DNA of 64,000 nucleotides from Smithellaceae bacterium (GTDB lineage Bacteria; Desulfobacterota; Syntrophia; Syntrophales; Smithellaceae). How positions within the stretch are numbered: the first letter of the stretch is position 1; every line of letters starts with the position of its first letter. Below, one piece after another: positions 58,573 to 64,000 of this stretch. The stretch is taken from contig JAUYFM010000049.1 of NCBI GenBank assembly GCA_030690945.1, forward strand, positions 8,088-72,087. The letters are read 5' to 3'. A program made the position numbers and the translations under genes. The notes under the pieces are model-generated. The model worked only from the letters and a program-made list of their open reading frames with translations. It was not told the origin of the DNA and made no database searches.

Positions 58573-60503
58573 CGGTTACAATCCGCGTAATCCGATCCTT
58601 TCTGATCGTTGCATCCTGTTTCGGGCTATTATGCTGTGAGATGATTCAACCCACTCTGACGACGGATACGAAGTACCGTATCTGCAACCGGAGCGGTGAT
58701 CTCAAAGAGGTAGCGGCTGCGGAAGCCATCCATAATGCACATCAGGGCATCATCGAGGGCAGCAACTGGGAGTTCGATAAAAAGGGAAACATCTTTCTGG
58801 AGGTGCATGTCAGAATAGCCGCCCCCGGCGACTATGAGATAGCGCTGGATTTTCACGAACCGTTTGAGTACCTTCGATTGCACACATCTCTCGGGTTCGT
58901 AACCGCAGGCCGGAAAGAGACATTTCGCATCGGTCCACTGCCCTATGAATTCCCTAAGCCTAGCTTTGCCGAAGTCTCCCTGCATCTCCTGAAGAAAGAC
59001 GCCGGCGGCAAGGCGTTACTCATCGACGAAGTGGACACCTATTTCCTTTTGGATGCCGAGCAGGTCAATGACGCCGCGCTGAATGGACTGGATACCCGCG
59101 GCCTCACGGCCCAGGCGCTTCTGGACAAGTATGCCCCCATCCTGAAAACAGATATCATCACCAATCCGAACACGGGCATCGTCTTTTTCGATTTGCCCCC
59201 CAAGAATATCGCCGCCATCCTTTCCGGTCCGCCTGAAAAGGGCGGAAAGGAACAGGCCATGATCAAATGCGATCTTTGGGACGATCAAGTATTCACTGAA
59301 TTGCCGACATCCGCAAACCGGCAGGAATTTAACGGCCGTAAGGACGATTATTTTATCGACCTCCCGCAGCCTTTCAACAGCATTGCTGACCCTTGGCGGG
59401 ACATCGTCAACCGTTATCCCAACGCCATTTATGGGCGGCTCGTCAGGACTCCGCTTATCTGGGAAGGCGCTCTGCACAGGGATGCCGTTGTTTTGCAGTA
59501 CTGGCTGCCCTATTACGTCAACCACCTGTCTATCTTGAAAACCGATCTTCAGGGCAGGAGCTGGGTATGGGGCGCGGGCAATTATCATGAGGGCGAGGCG
59601 GAAAACATCGCCATCGTCCTGATCCCGGGGCCTCGTGGGCTCGAGCCGCTGTGCGCGGCATATTCCAAGCATTTCAAGGGGACGGCCGAACCCTGGGAGA
59701 ATGTGAGAAAACACGCACCGGACGGGATTCCCACGACACACCCCGTCGTTTATGTGGCCAACGGTTCGCATGCCTCGTTCTTTTCTCCCGATGCCAGTGA
59801 AGTGTCTTGTGGAAGCGGTATCGATGCCGCCATGCATGGAGGCGGAGGGTTCTGGTACGATGAAGGGGACTTCGGGAAGGTCAGGATGATGCCGCGTGTA
59901 AACGAGATAAAATTCGGGAATGAGTATGATTTTCTGCTTTTCACGGGGCGTTTCGGCGGATCATACATTAAGGGCGCGGCAAATATGTTTAACCGCAGCC
60001 CCTATATGTTCCCCTATATCCTCTATCCGAAATTTTCGATTACCGGGAGCTGGATTGCTGGTTCCGGCGTCAACCGGTGGATAGACCCCGCTTCGGAAAT
60101 CCAGTATCAGGCGAAGATTCCCTCAAAACTCGGATACGACAACAGCAGAGCGCAGTTCAGGTTTGATACCAGCCATGTCCGCATCAAAAAAGAACCGGGG
60201 CGGATCCGCATCGAGGATCTGGGATTCGTCTTTGAAAAGGATGGCCCGTCTCCTGCGAAAACGGTAGCCGTTTTTTTTCGGGATCGAACAGGAAAGCTCC
60301 AGAAGCTGGCCACTTTTAAAGCCGGTGTTCAACCACCTTCACTGATTTATATCCCCGCGGATGCTGTTCAGAAAGAAAAAATCGAACTCGTCGCCTGCGA
60401 CATAGTGGTCCCACCGTCACCTAAGCCACCTCTATCGAAGGAGCGTCACCAGGGAATATTCGAATCCTTTCTTACGACAACAATGACTCTCGCTATCCCA
60501 TAG
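58569..60503 (+). CDS. Exported hypothetical protein with Vps62/NPP1-like core
   Basis: KYAPIL, LQYWLPYYVN, HEGEAENI, YSKH, HPVVYVANGSHASF; GTGA overlap with the upstream gene; signal/lipobox-like N-terminus. Confidence 0.65.
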   Translation: MTVTIRVIRSFLIVASCFGLLCCEMIQPTLTTDTKYRICNRSGDLKEVAAAEAIHNAHQGIIEGSNWEFDKKGNIFLEVHVRIAAPGDYEIALDFHEPFEYLRLHTSLGFVTAGRKETFRIGPLPYEFPKPSFAEVSLHLLKKDAGGKALLIDEVDTYFLLDAEQVNDAALNGLDTRGLTAQALLDKYAPILKTDIITNPNTGIVFFDLPPKNIAAILSGPPEKGGKEQAMIKCDLWDDQVFTELPTSANRQEFNGRKDDYFIDLPQPFNSIADPWRDIVNRYPNAIYGRLVRTPLIWEGALHRDAVVLQYWLPYYVNHLSILKTDLQGRSWVWGAGNYHEGEAENIAIVLIPGPRGLEPLCAAYSKHFKGTAEPWENVRKHAPDGIPTTHPVVYVANGSHASFFSPDASEVSCGSGIDAAMHGGGGFWYDEGDFGKVRMMPRVNEIKFGNEYDFLLFTGRFGGSYIKGAANMFNRSPYMFPYILYPKFSITGSWIAGSGVNRWIDPASEIQYQAKIPSKLGYDNSRAQFRFDTSHVRIKKEPGRIRIEDLGFVFEKDGPSPAKTVAVFFRDRTGKLQKLATFKAGVQPPSLIYIPADAVQKEKIELVACDIVVPPSPKPPLSKERHQGIFESFLTTTMTLAIP

Positions 60504-60584
60504 ATGACAGAGGGACACTGGGCGATGCGATGAGCGGATGGCGGGCGACCGTGATTTTGTCAAACAGGCTTTAGAACAGATTGC

Positions 60585-62141
60585 TTACACTTTTACGGTT
60601 ACATCATAAACCCGGCCGTCTTTGATCACACGCTGCGGGAAGCGGCAGGCCTCAATCTTTTCCAGCGGATTTTCTTTCAGCACAACCATATCCGCAAATT
60701 TCCCGATTTCAATCGTCCCGATTTTATCCGCCATCTGCAGAATCCGGGCATTATTAATTGTAGCGCACTGCAATATTTCCTTGTTGCTAAAGCCCACACG
60801 CGCCAGCATCTCCATTTCCCGCCAGAGTGTTCCGTGATACACGAACGGTACCCCCGAATCCGTGCCGCAGCCGATCAACACGCCTGCCTGCTTCATCTTT
60901 AAAAGATTTCCCGGCCCCTTAAGCAGAATATTAAAATATGTTTCCGGGCGAGGTAAAAATAATCCTTTTGAATATAAATTTTCGCAGCCATACTTTTGAT
61001 AATTTTTCAGAGAGGCCATGTTGGCTTGATGAATCGACGGCTCGATATCATCGCTCAGTTGTGAATTCAGGTATTGACGGCGGATAGCCATTTCATTGGT
61101 AATAAAGTCCGTGCGGTATTGCGGGGGAAGTGCCCCGTAAGCTTCCTCGGCAGCCAGCATCTGCGCAATAATCATCGTGGGAACAATGGCAATTCTCTTT
61201 CGAGCCATTTCCAGGACTTCCTCGTCGGAAAGCCCGACATCCGCAATCGAATGTTCCATTGAATTGAGTCCATAGCGCAGCGCGCGGTCAAAACCAAACT
61301 TTGTGTGAATATGTCCGGCGGTCGACAGATGATGCTCCCGGGCAAATTTCATAATCACGCCCAGATGCTCATCGGAATAGACGGGAATATCCGAAAGCCC
61401 GCACATCACTGATTTATTATCCATCGTCAGCTTGATAAACGACGCGCCGCCGGCACTGTTTTGCTTCATCCCCTTTTCCAGTTCCCGGGTATCTTTAAAC
61501 CATAAACAGGGATTGCCGGCAAAAGCCATGGCAATACCGGCAAAGATAGAGACATCTGCAGGATCAATGTCCGGATGACCGCCATGAATATTGGTAAACG
61601 CATTACAATAGACAACCCGTGGTCCTACAATATCACCTTTGGCGATCATATCCAGACCATCCTGAAGCAGTTTGGGCATCGCCCCCATATCCCGAATGGT
61701 CGTCACACCATGGACGAATTGTTGAATGAAATTTCTTTTGAACTGCCGAAGCGTTGTGAAGACGTCGAAAACATTTAACTGTGCTTCGCCGGTCAGAGTG
61801 ACATGGCAATGAGCATCAATCATTCCCGGCATCAAATATTGATTTTCCAGATCAAGGACGACAGCCCCTTGCTCCGGCGCCGGCAGCCCATCGGTTATTG
61901 CATCTATCGTACCCAGGCGGATCACCACGGTTTTGTCCAGATGAACAACACCCTGAATAACGTCGATGATATTACAATGGACAAGATACAAAGCCTTGTT
62001 CTCTGACGCTGTCATTGCGTTGTATCCGGGCAGCGCACCACACTCAGCGCTAGAGGGAAAAGCGAAATACAGGCCGGTTGCTACTCCCGCCTTCAGAAGT
62101 TGCCGTCTGTTCATTAAACCGGTTTTATTTTTATTTTCCAC
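60585..62141 (-). CDS. Tat-exported metal-dependent amidohydrolase
   Basis: NRRQLLK Tat motif, PGMIDAHCH, GVTTIRDMG, EH, GTDSG, GKFADMV. Confidence 0.9.
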   Translation of the reverse strand: MENKNKTGLMNRRQLLKAGVATGLYFAFPSSAECGALPGYNAMTASENKALYLVHCNIIDVIQGVVHLDKTVVIRLGTIDAITDGLPAPEQGAVVLDLENQYLMPGMIDAHCHVTLTGEAQLNVFDVFTTLRQFKRNFIQQFVHGVTTIRDMGAMPKLLQDGLDMIAKGDIVGPRVVYCNAFTNIHGGHPDIDPADVSIFAGIAMAFAGNPCLWFKDTRELEKGMKQNSAGGASFIKLTMDNKSVMCGLSDIPVYSDEHLGVIMKFAREHHLSTAGHIHTKFGFDRALRYGLNSMEHSIADVGLSDEEVLEMARKRIAIVPTMIIAQMLAAEEAYGALPPQYRTDFITNEMAIRRQYLNSQLSDDIEPSIHQANMASLKNYQKYGCENLYSKGLFLPRPETYFNILLKGPGNLLKMKQAGVLIGCGTDSGVPFVYHGTLWREMEMLARVGFSNKEILQCATINNARILQMADKIGTIEIGKFADMVVLKENPLEKIEACRFPQRVIKDGRVYDVTVKV

Positions 62142-62247
62142 GATATCACATTGCTCCTTGTATTTTCTGCCTATTTATCCATCGCGTATTCTCCATGGTG
62201 TCAAGGGTAATTCGTGAGCTGGTACAGCCGTCCCCAGTTATATTGAG

Positions 62248-63372
62248 TTAGAGCCAGCGTTTAACATGTAACAGGAGGTGTCCAAACAGTTTTCTCCACC
62301 ACGGGCGTTGTGGGCAATCATCGATGGTTAATTCTTCAGCATGGGTCAGGTCGTTGAGGAATTGGTCCTCAATGGTTTTCTTTGTCTGGGTCAAAGAGAC
62401 GACGATTTCAGCTTCCAGATTTCGAAAAAAACTCAGATAGTCAAGATTGCTGGAGCCGACCGTTATCCAGTCATCCAGAATCATAATTTTTGCATGCAGC
62501 ACGCCGCCCGTGTATTCATAAATTCTGACACCGGCTGTCAGAAGCGCTTGATAAAACACAGCTGACGCCCATGTCATGAAAAATATATCCGAGTTTCCGG
62601 GAAGCAGTATCCGCACGTCAACACCCCGCCGTGCCGCTTTTTTCAAATACCGGAGAACAGAGGCAATGGGCACAAAATAGGCGTTGGTGATCCAGATGCG
62701 TGTGCGGGTCTGAGCCATCCGTTTTAACAGATCAAGGCGCAACTTGCGCCGATGCATATGATTTAAGCGGAAAGCCATCGGAGAGAATATCTGCCTGGGT
62801 ATCAGGGATCGGTCATTGTCCCAGGCGCTGTTGAAGGCATACAGCAAATGCTCCATATCCAATCCTTCCAGTCGCAAAGCCGTATCGCGCCAATCCATCC
62901 CGCCCTGTGCGGCAGGAAGATGGAGATGGGATACATTGAAACTGCCCACCCAGACCAGGTGTTGATCAATCATGCAGAGTTTACGGTGATTGCGACTATG
63001 GATGCTCGAAAGTAGACGTTGAAGCTTGGTCAACCATGGAAGACGGGGTACCGCCAATTCCCAGTGGCGGACATTCCAGGGAAGGGGATGATAAATGCGC
63101 ACCTGCACACCGGCATCGCTCAATTGCCGGGCCAGCGCGCCACTCGATTTAGACGAACCGGCACCATCCAACAGAAGCCGAACCGCAACACCCCGGCGGC
63201 TTGCCCGAGCCAGATGTTCGGCAACTTTCCTGCCCAAGGGATCCAGATCAAATATATACGTTTCAAAATCAATATGGGACGCGGACTGTTCAATATCCTG
63301 CATCAGAGTTGCATAGTACTCACCGGCTTCGGTAAAAACAGTTTCTTTGATCTTTACAGTTTGCTGTGACAT
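62248..63372 (-). CDS. clsB: Cardiolipin synthase ClsB-like (PLD family)
   Basis: Two HKD motifs, RNHRKLCMID and LHAKIMILD; ITNAYF, VGSSNLD. Confidence 0.85.
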   Translation of the reverse strand: MSQQTVKIKETVFTEAGEYYATLMQDIEQSASHIDFETYIFDLDPLGRKVAEHLARASRRGVAVRLLLDGAGSSKSSGALARQLSDAGVQVRIYHPLPWNVRHWELAVPRLPWLTKLQRLLSSIHSRNHRKLCMIDQHLVWVGSFNVSHLHLPAAQGGMDWRDTALRLEGLDMEHLLYAFNSAWDNDRSLIPRQIFSPMAFRLNHMHRRKLRLDLLKRMAQTRTRIWITNAYFVPIASVLRYLKKAARRGVDVRILLPGNSDIFFMTWASAVFYQALLTAGVRIYEYTGGVLHAKIMILDDWITVGSSNLDYLSFFRNLEAEIVVSLTQTKKTIEDQFLNDLTHAEELTIDDCPQRPWWRKLFGHLLLHVKRWL

Positions 63373-63446
63373 TGGACAATGTTCTTCCGTTACTAAGGGG
63401 GGACATCCTAGATTGTCCCCATCTGCTTATTGACGGGGTCCACTTT

Positions 63447-63749
63447 CTAAAGTGCGTGGCAAGCCGAGCATTCCAATTTAGTCTTCTCGCCCTGGTGGAC
63501 TTTGTGAATTTGCGTCGAAAACTTTGTTGCTTCAGCTCTGGCGGCATCAGGAGCATGGCAGGATAAACAGGCTGCTCCTTTACCGACATCCGGATGCGTT
63601 TTGGGTATGATGGCGCCGTAGTCCTTGTGACAGGCGGCACATGCATTGTTCTTTAATGGCAGTCCGGCGGCGTTAACAATCGTGATGAACGTGGCGCACA
63701 TCAACAAAATTCCGCAAGTATAAATAACTAGTTTTTTCCAGACATCCAT
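63447..63749 (-). CDS. Small triheme c-type cytochrome
   Basis: Signal peptide; CAACH, CLSCH, CSACH; three further His. Confidence 0.85.
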   Translation of the reverse strand: MDVWKKLVIYTCGILLMCATFITIVNAAGLPLKNNACAACHKDYGAIIPKTHPDVGKGAACLSCHAPDAARAEATKFSTQIHKVHQGEKTKLECSACHAL

Positions 63750-63855
63750 AATATTTATTCTCCTTGGTCATTTTTTACAGTTTTCGTTGGTGAAGATAAA
63801 AGGGCTAAAGGAGACAGTACAACCTCTTTTGCCTTTTTTCGGTTTGTGATCGAGT

Positions 63856-63999
63856 TTATTCCGAACCAATAATCGCAGCAGGTCCCAGTGGTTCATCGGA
63901 GCCAATCGTCAATACAAGCTTGTTTAATTTTGCATCAATGATTTTGATCCCCCGTCCCGCATCGGCCACAAGTATTTTGTTTGCGGCGGCGGTAATACC
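63856..63999 (-). CDS. C-terminus of a gene running off the window (beta-propeller-like)
   Basis: Manual translation GITAAANKILVADAGRGIKIIDAKLNKLVLTIGSDEPLGPAAIIGSE*. Confidence 0.5.
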   Translation of the reverse strand, partial: GITAAANKILVADAGRGIKIIDAKLNKLVLTIGSDEPLGPAAIIGSE

Positions 64000-64000
64000 G

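Noticed and set aside
59016-59837. 273-aa antisense ORF
   Set aside because: Shadow of 58569-60503; no independent evidence

Overview
64-kb chromosomal segment from an anaerobic, fatty-acid-degrading bacterium; the gene content resembles Deltaproteobacteria such as Syntrophales/Smithella (inference). It contains a cobalamin uptake locus (btuC/btuD-like ABC genes, B12 riboswitch, btuB-like receptor), mdh, an AbfD-type dehydratase, and a decaying accessory islet (GNAT and BsuBI/PstI restriction remnants, hipBA, a dead YafQ-like toxin). Next come pgpA-cinA-recA-recX-alaS and a glycolytic cluster (pyk divergent from gap-pgk-tpiA) that includes a eukaryote-type bifunctional 6-phosphofructo-2-kinase/fructose-2,6-bisphosphatase. 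The second half holds an AT-richer sigma54-controlled island (EBP, Liv-type ABC, CoA transferase), prpE, mutY, several ADP- and AMP-forming acyl-CoA synthetases, two more TA modules, a SET-domain methyltransferase, a ZinT-like/Vps62-like exported pair, clsB and a small triheme cytochrome. Intergenic DNA is rich in nested palindromic MITE/REP elements: one sits inside the riboswitch, one splits a restriction gene with a clean 3-bp duplication, and one duplicates a start codon. A 25-bp inverted repeat brackets pyk. No CRISPR array, rRNA, tRNA or transposase was recognised. All calls come from reading motifs by eye; no database search was run.
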